The notes beneath the pieces were generated by a model. That model was not told the origin of the DNA, ran no database searches, and saw only the letters and a list, made by a program, of their open reading frames with translations. The position numbers and the translations under genes were made by a program. From the sequence record SRR31156797_2900: a DNA stretch of 48,574 bases; one strand, 5' to 3'. This document shows positions 40,767 to 48,574 of this stretch, piece after piece (position 1 is the stretch's first letter; every line of letters begins with the position of its first letter).

Positions 40767-40902
40767 TTACTTGTTTAAGCTCCTTGGCAGAATCCTTTCT
40801 GCCATTTTAACTTCCCTCTCCTTAACGCTAGGATCTCCAGCCACCCTTAGGTAGAATGTCGCACACATTGTGCTCGCATTTATTTAGCCTAAGAGGTCAG
40901 GT

Positions 40903-41577
40903 ATGAAAGATTTTCTCATTGCACCATCCATTCTTTCCGCAGATTTAGCTCGTTTGGGAGAAGATGTTGAAAAAGCGCTCGCAGCCGGTGCGGACGTTGT
41001 GCACTTTGATGTGATGGACAACCACTACGTACCTAACCTGACTTTCGGCGCCCCTATTTGTAAAGCACTGCGTGACTATGGCATCACAGCACCGATTGAT
41101 GTTCACCTTATGGTAAAGCCAGTTGATCGCATTATTCCTGATTTCGCTAAAGCGGGCGCTTCGATGATCACCTTCCATGTGGAAGCTTCAGAGCACGTCG
41201 ATCGCACATTGCAACTGATTAAAGAACACGGCTGTAAAGCGGGCGTGGTGCTTAACCCTGCAACACCACTAAGTCATCTAGAGTACCTGATGGATAAAGT
41301 CGATATGATTTTATTGATGTCGGTGAACCCGGGCTTTGGTGGTCAGTCATTCATTCCTCATACTCTGGATAAGCTTCGTGCGGTACGAAAATTGATTGAT
41401 GAAAGTGGCCGTGATATTCGTCTAGAGGTGGATGGCGGCGTAAAAGTCGATAACATCCGTGAAATTGCTGAAGCAGGCGCAGATATGTTTGTTGCAGGTT
41501 CAGCGATTTTTGACCAGCCAGATTACAAAGCTGTGATTGATGATATGCGTGCTGAATTAGCGCGTGTTGAAAAATAA
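40903..41577 (+). CDS. rpe: Ribulose-phosphate 3-epimerase
   Basis: [42 protein letters not shown]. Confidence 0.99.
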   Translation: MKDFLIAPSILSADLARLGEDVEKALAAGADVVHFDVMDNHYVPNLTFGAPICKALRDYGITAPIDVHLMVKPVDRIIPDFAKAGASMITFHVEASEHVDRTLQLIKEHGCKAGVVLNPATPLSHLEYLMDKVDMILLMSVNPGFGGQSFIPHTLDKLRAVRKLIDESGRDIRLEVDGGVKVDNIREIAEAGADMFVAGSAIFDQPDYKAVIDDMRAELARVEK

Positions 41578-41613
41578 TTATTACTAAAAAAGTTAAAGTT
41601 AGGGAAGTAAAGA

Positions 41614-42288
41614 GTGAACCAAATAAAGCTAATTGCGTTTGATTTAGACGGCACCTTGTTAGATAGCGTGCCCGATCTAGCCGTAGCGGCTGACCAGGCT
41701 GTTCAAGCTTTGGGTTACCCGGCGGTTACAGAAGTAGAAGTTCGAGATTATGTCGGTAATGGGGCTGATGTTCTGATTGGTCGTTCATTAAGCCGCAACA
41801 TCAATATCGATCCTGAGCTAAGTAAAGAAGTACACGCAAAAGCACGTGAACTGTTTGATGATTTTTACGAAAAGACAGGACATAAGCTAAGTCACTTATA
41901 CAGCAACGTGAAAGAGACGTTAGATTCACTGCATCAAGCGGGCTTTACGCTAGCGTTAGTTACAAACAAACCATCAAAGTTTGTTCCTCACGTATTAGAA
42001 CAGCACAACATTGCGCAGTTCTTTACTGATGTGATTGGTGGTGACACTTTCCCCAATAAAAAGCCCGATCCAATGGCATTAAACTGGCTACTGGAAAAGC
42101 ATCAGGTAGATGCAAGCCAAATGCTGATGGTCGGCGACTCCAAGAATGATATTTTGGCAGCGAAGAATGCAGGGTGCGCATCGTTTGGTTTAACTTATGG
42201 TTATAACCACGGTGAGCCAATTTCGAATGCGAACCCAGACTTTGTCGCCGACGATATTGCTGAACTTCTCAAAGTTGTCGCGGTTTAA
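41614..42288 (+). CDS. gph: Phosphoglycolate phosphatase (HAD)
   Basis: FDLDGTL.DS, TNKP, KKPDP, MVGDS.ND, YGYNHG; GTG start. Confidence 0.97.
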   Translation: MNQIKLIAFDLDGTLLDSVPDLAVAADQAVQALGYPAVTEVEVRDYVGNGADVLIGRSLSRNINIDPELSKEVHAKARELFDDFYEKTGHKLSHLYSNVKETLDSLHQAGFTLALVTNKPSKFVPHVLEQHNIAQFFTDVIGGDTFPNKKPDPMALNWLLEKHQVDASQMLMVGDSKNDILAAKNAGCASFGLTYGYNHGEPISNANPDFVADDIAELLKVVAV

Positions 42289-42412
42289 GCACATATCTAC
42301 TAGAAAAATACTCGTTAATGAGTACACTGCTAAATCGCGCTGAAACAACTTCTCAGCGCATTTTTCAGTTTGTTTGACCTTTATTCATATAAGTAACAAG
42401 GAAATCATACCC

Positions 42413-43432
42413 ATGAGCAAGCCCATTGTATTGAGTGGTGTTCAGCCATCTGGCGAACTAAGTATCGGTAACTATTTGGGTGCTCTACGTCAATGGCAAC
42501 AGATGCAAGATGACTATGATTGCCAATACTGCGTTGTTGATTTGCATGCGATTACGGTTCGCCAGGATCCAAAAGCATTGTACGAAGCAACATTAGACGC
42601 ATTGGCGATTTGTTTAGCAGTTGGTGTTGATCCGAAGAAGAGCACGCTATTTGTTCAGTCGCACGTACCAGAGCATGCTCAACTAGGTTGGGTATTGAAC
42701 TGTTATACACAAATGGGTGAGCTGAGCCGTATGACTCAGTTTAAAGACAAATCAGCACGTTACGCGAATGACGTAAACGCAGGTCTGTTTGATTACCCTG
42801 TATTGATGGCGGCAGATATTCTTCTTTATGGAGCACATCAGGTTCCTGTCGGCAGTGACCAGAAACAGCACCTTGAATTGGCTCGTGATGTAGCGACTCG
42901 TTTTAACAACATCTACTCACCAGAAGCGCCAATCTTTACTGTTCCTGAGCCGTACATTCCAACGGTAAACGCTCGTGTTATGAGTCTTCAGGATGCAAGT
43001 AAGAAGATGTCTAAGTCAGACGACAACCGTAAAAACGTGATTACGCTTCTGGAAGACCCTAAGTCGATCATCAAGAAGATCAACAAAGCGCAGACAGATA
43101 CAGAAACGCCGCCACGCATCGCTCACGATGTAGAAAATAAAGGTGGTATTTCTAACCTGATGGGCTTGTACTCTGCTGCAACAGGCAAAACGTTTGCTGA
43201 AATCGAAGCGCAGTACGCGGGTGTGGAAATGTATGGCCCATTTAAGAAAGATGTGGGTGAAGCATTAGTTGCAATGCTTGAGCCTGTTCAGGCTGAGTAC
43301 GCACGTATCCGTAACGACCGTGAATACCTTGATAGCGTCATGCGTGAAGGTGCTGAAAAAGCCTCTGCTCGTGCGTTAGAGACATTGAAGAAAGTATACG
43401 ATGCAGTGGGTTTTGTTCCTCGTCCGTATTAA
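42413..43432 (+). CDS. trpS: Tryptophanyl-tRNA synthetase
   Basis: [35 protein letters not shown]; start MSKPIV at 42413. Confidence 0.99.
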   Translation: MSKPIVLSGVQPSGELSIGNYLGALRQWQQMQDDYDCQYCVVDLHAITVRQDPKALYEATLDALAICLAVGVDPKKSTLFVQSHVPEHAQLGWVLNCYTQMGELSRMTQFKDKSARYANDVNAGLFDYPVLMAADILLYGAHQVPVGSDQKQHLELARDVATRFNNIYSPEAPIFTVPEPYIPTVNARVMSLQDASKKMSKSDDNRKNVITLLEDPKSIIKKINKAQTDTETPPRIAHDVENKGGISNLMGLYSAATGKTFAEIEAQYAGVEMYGPFKKDVGEALVAMLEPVQAEYARIRNDREYLDSVMREGAEKASARALETLKKVYDAVGFVPRPY

Positions 43433-43455
43433 TTTCCATCATCTATAAACGTCAT

Positions 43456-43479
43456 AGGCCAGCATTGCTGGCCTTTTTT
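43456..43479 (+). terminator. Terminator of trpS
   Basis: AGGCCAGC-ATT-GCTGGCCT plus T run. Confidence 0.9.
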
Positions 43480-43555
43480 ATATTTATTGTTTGAATATTA
43501 ATTTTGGATTTGTAGAATGCGGAAGGTTTTTACTGCAAAAGACAATTTTCTGCAT

Positions 43556-44134
43556 ATGCTGCTCATCATCGATAACTACGACTCTTTTACTTACAACCTT
43601 TATCAGTACTTCTGTGAACTTGGTGCTGACGTTCAGGTTGTACGCAATGATGAAATTACTCTTGAGCAGATTGAAGTATTAAATCCAACGCATCTGGTTA
43701 TTTCTCCTGGGCCATGCACACCCAATGAAGCGGGGATTTCTCTGCAAGCCATCCAACACTTTGCGGGAAAACTTCCCATTCTAGGTGTATGTCTTGGTCA
43801 CCAGGCGATAGCTCAAGTGTTTGGTGGACAAGTGGTGAGAGCTCGTCAGGTCATGCATGGTAAAACATCACCGATTAAGCATACCGGCAAGAGTGTCTTC
43901 GCGGGCTTAAACAATCCACTCACGGTGACTCGTTACCACTCATTAGTGGTAAAAACAGACTCTTTACCCAACTGTTTTGAACTCACCGCCTGGACAGAGC
44001 GAGAAGATGGCAGTGTTGATGAAATCATGGGGTATCAACATAAGACGCTGCCTATAGATGCTGTACAGTTTCATCCAGAGTCGATAAAAACAGAGCAAGG
44101 ACATGAGTTGTTAGCTAACTTTTTACGGCGTTAA
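43556..44134 (+). CDS. pabA: Aminodeoxychorismate synthase glutamine amidotransferase subunit
   Basis: [41 protein letters not shown]; adjacent to argD. Confidence 0.95.
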   Translation: MLLIIDNYDSFTYNLYQYFCELGADVQVVRNDEITLEQIEVLNPTHLVISPGPCTPNEAGISLQAIQHFAGKLPILGVCLGHQAIAQVFGGQVVRARQVMHGKTSPIKHTGKSVFAGLNNPLTVTRYHSLVVKTDSLPNCFELTAWTEREDGSVDEIMGYQHKTLPIDAVQFHPESIKTEQGHELLANFLRR

Positions 44135-44292
44135 CCTGTAATCTTAATCATCTACAGCTCTAATTACTGTTAGTTAATATTTACATAGCAAATAGATCTG
44201 CATAATTGCTTTCATAAAGCAAATCCCTGTCATTTATCTGACCGCGATCACTTTTCTTAATTTTCTTGTCATCAAAATCATCACTCTACGTT

Positions 44293-44426
44293 GATGCAAA
44301 ATTATTCGCGATATTTCCTCTTTTATTTTGCGAATCCCTTATATCTCATGGCATTTGGTTAATTTTATCCGTCCAAGTGAAGAAATTACTTCATAAAAGC
44401 GTTTGCTTATTGCATAAATAGTCATC
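44293..44426. promoter_or_regulatory. ARG (ArgR) boxes upstream of argD/astC
   Basis: GATGCAAAATTATTCGCG (44293-44310) and ATTGCATAAATAGTCATC (44409-44426) match TG(A/C)AT-W4-ATNCA. Confidence 0.6.
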
Positions 44427-44601
44427 AGTGGTGTCATTTATTAGTCGGATTTAGCGGCTAAGAGAATAAATCACTATTGAAATGGTTAATAATTTGTAAA
44501 TACAATGCTGCACTATCTAAAATGCAATACAAAATATTAAGCATCTATTTTTGTGGTTAGGTCGACGATCTACAAGGCATGGGTAACAAGAGGGATGAAC
44601 A

Positions 44602-45813
44602 ATGACAATTGAAAACAATGTAGAACGCGGCTTGTTTGATGAGGTAATGGTACCTTGTTACAACCCGATGGAATTTATCCCAGTGAAGGGAGAAGGCTCT
44701 CGAGTATGGGACCAACAAGGTAAAGAGTATATCGACTTTGCTGGTGGTATTGCGGTGAGCTGTTTAGGTCATTGTCACCCTGCGATGGTGAACGCGTTAA
44801 CTGAGCAAGGCAATAAGCTTTGGCATCTAAGTAACGTCATGACCAATGAGCCTGCTTTACGTCTGGCTAAGAAACTGACAGAAATCAGCTTCGCTGAAAA
44901 AGTATTCTTTTCAAACTCTGGTGCGGAAGCAAACGAAGCGGCACTGAAACTTGCTCGTCGCTACGCAGCAGATGAGTTCGGTCCAGAAAAATCTGAAATC
45001 ATTGCATTCAAACAAGGTTTCCACGGTCGTACCTTCTTTACGGTAACAGTGGGCGGTCAGGCTGCTTATTCTGATGGCTTTGGTCCAAAACCTGGTGATG
45101 TCACTCACCTAGAGTACAACAACGTAGAACAGTTACGTGAGCATATCTCTGACCGCACTTGTGCGATCATGATTGAGCCTCTACAAGGTGAAGGTGGTAT
45201 TGTTTCTCCAACATCTGAATTCATTCAAACGGTTCGTGAACTGTGTGATAAGCACAATGCACTACTGATTTTCGATGAAGTTCAAACGGGTAACGGTCGT
45301 ACTGGTCACTTCTTCGCTTATGAAGGTCTGGGTATTACTCCGGACATCCTAAGCACGGCTAAATCTCTTGGTGGTGGCTTCCCTATTGGTGCGATGCTAA
45401 CAACAACGAAGCTTGCTGAGCATCTAAAACCAGGTACTCATGGCTCAACTTATGGCGGTAACCCTCTAGCATGTGCAGTTGCGGAAGCTGTGGTTGATGT
45501 TATTAGCAAACCAGAAACGCTTGCGGGTGTGGTTGAGCGTGAAGCTCTGTTCCGTGAAGGTCTGGAGAAAATTAATGCTAAGTACAACCTGTTCACGGAA
45601 GTTCGTGGTAAAGGTCTGTTGATCGGTGCTGCTCTGAATGAAGAGTGGCAAGGTCGTGCTCGCGACATCCTTGTTGCTGCTGGTAAGGAAGGTCTGATGA
45701 TCCTAATGGCTGGAGCAAACGTGGTACGTATGACGCCTTCACTGGTTATCACCAAAGAAGAAATCGAACAAGGCTTAGCTCGCTTAGATAAAGCGATTGC
45801 AACACTTGTATAA
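44602..45813 (+). CDS. argD: Acetylornithine/succinylornithine aminotransferase (ArgD/AstC)
   Basis: [52 protein letters not shown]; first gene before astA and astD. Confidence 0.93.
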   Translation: MTIENNVERGLFDEVMVPCYNPMEFIPVKGEGSRVWDQQGKEYIDFAGGIAVSCLGHCHPAMVNALTEQGNKLWHLSNVMTNEPALRLAKKLTEISFAEKVFFSNSGAEANEAALKLARRYAADEFGPEKSEIIAFKQGFHGRTFFTVTVGGQAAYSDGFGPKPGDVTHLEYNNVEQLREHISDRTCAIMIEPLQGEGGIVSPTSEFIQTVRELCDKHNALLIFDEVQTGNGRTGHFFAYEGLGITPDILSTAKSLGGGFPIGAMLTTTKLAEHLKPGTHGSTYGGNPLACAVAEAVVDVISKPETLAGVVEREALFREGLEKINAKYNLFTEVRGKGLLIGAALNEEWQGRARDILVAAGKEGLMILMAGANVVRMTPSLVITKEEIEQGLARLDKAIATLV

Positions 45814-45826
45814 GTGCTAAGTTGTC

Positions 45827-45873
45827 AGGCTTCCCATTCTAGGGAAGCCTTTAAGGCCTCATGATTAGGCCTT
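45827..45873 (+). other. Two adjacent intercistronic hairpins between argD and astA
   Basis: AGGCTTCCC-ATTCTA-GGGAAGCCT-TT and AAGGCCT-CATGATT-AGGCCTT. Confidence 0.55.
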
Positions 45874-45933
45874 GAGCCAGTGTTAGCTGTATTGGTCGGC
45901 ACTGGTTTGAAATGCATCTGGAGGGAAGTATTG

Positions 45934-46953
45934 ATGCTAGTTATTCGCCCAATTTCCATATCAGATTATGAAGCGTTGCACACCTGTGCCGTTGAATCTG
46001 GTCATGGTTTCACTTCACTACCGGTTAACGAAGAGCTGTTAACCAATCGAATTAAACATTCTGAATATAGCTTTGCTAAACCTGACGTAACTTCTCCAAC
46101 GGATGAAGGTTACCTGATGGTTGGTTTTGATTCAGAAACCGGTGAAGTGGCGGGGACGACAGGAATTGAAGCTGCTGTGGGATGGGATGTACCTTTCTAC
46201 TCTTATCACATCAGCACCATCGTTCATTCATCACCCAAGCTCAATGTTAATAATGTCGTCAATCTGCTGACCTTTGGTAATAACTACACCGGTTGTTCAG
46301 AGATCTGTACTTTATTTTTACGACCTGAGTTTCGTCAGGGGCTTAACGGGCGACTGATGTCGAAGTGTCGTTTTTTGATGCTGGCAGAGCACCCACACCG
46401 TTTCTCAAGAACGATTTTCGCTGAGATGCGTGGTGTGTCTGATGAAGATGGCAATTCGCCGTTTTGGGAATGGTTGCAGGAGCACTTCTTCTCCATTGAT
46501 TTCACCATGGCTGATTATCTGACGGGGATAGGTAAAAAAGGCTTTATTGCTGATCTAATGCCTAAGTTACCGATCTACATCAACTTGCTAAGCAAAGAAG
46601 CTCAAGCAGTGATCGGCCAGGTACATGAAAAAACACGCCCAGCTCTTAAGCTGCTAGAAAGGGAAGGGTTTACTTGTCGCAATTACGTCGACATTTTTGA
46701 TGCGGGCCCAACCGTTGAATGTGACGTTAATAATATTAACTCGATACGCGATTCTGTCCGGGTGAAAGTAATCGTGTCTGAACATTCCAGCTCTCAAGAC
46801 TTTTTGATGTGTAACTCGTCATTTGAAAACTTCAGAGCGACAGCAGCAAAAGCAGCATTTAACCGTGAAAACGGTAGCGCGATTATCTCACCAGAAGTAG
46901 CAAAGGCGCTTCTTGTTGATAGCGGCGATTTTATTCGAATTTTGGCTCAATAA
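45934..46953 (+). CDS. astA: Arginine N-succinyltransferase
   Basis: G.TSLP, SEICTLFL, LMSKCRF, AEMRG..DE.G.SPFW, YVDIFDAGPT; start MLVIRP at 45934 with GGAGG RBS. Confidence 0.97.
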   Translation: MLVIRPISISDYEALHTCAVESGHGFTSLPVNEELLTNRIKHSEYSFAKPDVTSPTDEGYLMVGFDSETGEVAGTTGIEAAVGWDVPFYSYHISTIVHSSPKLNVNNVVNLLTFGNNYTGCSEICTLFLRPEFRQGLNGRLMSKCRFLMLAEHPHRFSRTIFAEMRGVSDEDGNSPFWEWLQEHFFSIDFTMADYLTGIGKKGFIADLMPKLPIYINLLSKEAQAVIGQVHEKTRPALKLLEREGFTCRNYVDIFDAGPTVECDVNNINSIRDSVRVKVIVSEHSSSQDFLMCNSSFENFRATAAKAAFNRENGSAIISPEVAKALLVDSGDFIRILAQ

Positions 46954-46997
46954 TATCAACCGAAGTGAGTTGATATCTTAAATCTAAGGAATACGTC

Positions 46998-48473
46998 ATG
47001 ACTCAGTGGGTTGCAGGACAACAATGGATCGCAGGACAGTGGTTAGAGGGTAAAGGTGAAACAGTTTCTTCTCTAAGTCCGTATAACGATGAAGTTATTT
47101 GGCAAGGCCAAAGTGCAACGGAAGAGCAAGTTGAAGAAGCTGTTTCTTCAGCTCGTAAAGCGTTTGTTGAGTGGAAAAAGCTTCCATTCTCTGAGCGTGA
47201 AAAAGTGGTTCTTGCTTTTGCTGAAAAAGTGAAAGAGAACAGCGAACAAATCGCAGAAGTGATTGCGAAAGAAACAGGTAAACCCATTTGGGAGACTCGC
47301 ACTGAAGCTGGTGCAATGGCGGGTAAAATCGCTATCTCAATCCGTGCTTACCATGATCGTACGGGCGAAACTGTGCGTGAAGCTGCGGGTAACCAAATTG
47401 TACTTCGTCACCGCCCATTGGGTGTGATGGCGGTATTTGGTCCATACAACTTCCCAGGTCACTTACCAAACGGCCACATTGTACCTGCACTGCTTGCGGG
47501 TAATACCGTAGTATTTAAGCCATCTGAGCAAACGCCTTGGACGGCTGAAATTACCATGAAACTTTGGGAAGCTGCTGGTTTGCCTGCAGGTGTTATTAAC
47601 TTAGTACAAGGTGCAAAAGAGACGGGCATCGCTTTAGCTCAGTCTAAAGGTATCGATGGCTTGTTGTTCACTGGTAGTGCTAATACTGGTCATATCCTTC
47701 ACCGCCAATTTGCAGGCCAACCAGATAAGATGCTGGCACTTGAGATGGGTGGTAACAACCCTATGGTTATCTCTGAGCAGTTTGGTGATGTAGACGCAAC
47801 GGTTTACACCATCATTCAGTCAGCATTTATCAGTGCAGGTCAACGTTGTACTTGTGCTCGCCGTCTGTATGTTCCTGCTGGCGAGAAAGGCGATGAAATC
47901 ATGGCTCGCCTGGTTGCTGCAACCAAGAAAATTCGTATGGATCAGCCTTTTGCTGAACCTGCACCATTTATGGGGCCACAAATTTCTAAAGCGGCGGCTG
48001 ATTTCATCCTAAATGCGCAAGCAAATCTTCAGTCTCTTGGCGGTCAAAGCCTTGTGGAATCTGAGAGCAAAGGTGCAGCATTTGTTTCTCCGGGTATTAT
48101 CGATGTAACGCCAATCGCTGACCTGCCAGATGAAGAGTACTTTGGTCCTCTGCTTCAGGTTGTACGCTACGAGACGCTAGAGCAAGCTGTAGAGTTGGCG
48201 AATGATACTCGCTTTGGTTTATCAGCTGGCTTAGTCACAACCGATGACGCTGAGTGGGAATACTTTGTCGATCATATTCGTGCGGGTATCGTAAACCGCA
48301 ACCGCCAGTTAACCGGTGCGAGCGGCGACGCTCCATTCGGCGGTCCAGGCGCTTCTGGTAACTTACGTCCTAGCGCATTCTACGCAGCAGACTATTGTGC
48401 GTACCCAATGGCTTCTATGGAAGGTTCAGCGACTGAACTTCCAGCAACACTAAGCCCGGGTGTTGAGCTATAA
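46998..48473 (+). CDS. astD: Succinylglutamate-semialdehyde dehydrogenase
   Basis: [46 protein letters not shown]. Confidence 0.98.
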   Translation: MTQWVAGQQWIAGQWLEGKGETVSSLSPYNDEVIWQGQSATEEQVEEAVSSARKAFVEWKKLPFSEREKVVLAFAEKVKENSEQIAEVIAKETGKPIWETRTEAGAMAGKIAISIRAYHDRTGETVREAAGNQIVLRHRPLGVMAVFGPYNFPGHLPNGHIVPALLAGNTVVFKPSEQTPWTAEITMKLWEAAGLPAGVINLVQGAKETGIALAQSKGIDGLLFTGSANTGHILHRQFAGQPDKMLALEMGGNNPMVISEQFGDVDATVYTIIQSAFISAGQRCTCARRLYVPAGEKGDEIMARLVAATKKIRMDQPFAEPAPFMGPQISKAAADFILNAQANLQSLGGQSLVESESKGAAFVSPGIIDVTPIADLPDEEYFGPLLQVVRYETLEQAVELANDTRFGLSAGLVTTDDAEWEYFVDHIRAGIVNRNRQLTGASGDAPFGGPGASGNLRPSAFYAADYCAYPMASMEGSATELPATLSPGVEL

Positions 48474-48491
48474 ATCACTAAATGTTCCAAA

Positions 48492-48517
48492 CAGGCTTCA
48501 TCGAATGATGAAGCCTG
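48492..48517 (+). terminator. Hairpin after astD, putative terminator
   Basis: CAGGCTTCATC-GAAT-GATGAAGCCTG followed by ATTTCT. Confidence 0.65.
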
Positions 48518-48574
48518 ATTTCTATAACAATGATAAAAAATAGGTTATACCAATCACAGTAAATAAGTGATCAA

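Noticed and set aside
25..47316. Many 60-150 aa ORFs antisense to or overlapping core genes (e.g. 7142-7600, 15157-15570, 17615-17935, 40269-40661)
   Set aside because: They are shadow ORFs of well-supported genes, with no RBS or recognisable motifs.
1..48574. Mobile elements, prophage, rRNA, tRNA or CRISPR
   Set aside because: I recognised no transposase, integrase, phage or cas ORFs, and no tRNA- or rRNA-like or regularly spaced repeat sequence.

Overview
This window is a stretch of Vibrio (Vibrionaceae) large-chromosome core genome. Gene order: 'groEL, [pectate lyase], modF, mgtC-family, epmB/efp, [secreted CBM protein], frdDCBA, epmA, rhodanese-secB-gpsA-cysE, aphA, ppc, argE/argCBG-argH(A), micV sRNA, DUF3624, [unknown lipoprotein], oxyR, mrcA, pilMNOPQ, aroK-aroB-damX-dam-rpe-gph-trpS, pabA, argD/astC-astA-astD. 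This matches the order I recall for V. cholerae VC2664 to about VC2616. I see no mobile element, prophage, CRISPR array, rRNA or tRNA, and no clear multi-gene novel system. The non-core content is three single-gene insertions, all encoding exported proteins. (1) A lipid-anchored PL1 pectate lyase with KdgR-like operators. (2) A small non-catalytic protein with two CBM5/12-like repeats, whose upstream region shares 22 of 24 nt with the sigmaE promoter of micV. (3) A 583-aa unknown lipoprotein divergent from oxyR, in the slot where other vibrios carry the OxyR-activated peroxiredoxin module; the OxyR box is still present. Recognisable non-coding elements include MicV, the LuxR/HapR operator and Qrr-pairing site of aphA, ARG boxes, CRP sites and many terminators. 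All family assignments come from motif recognition and recall; no database search was run.
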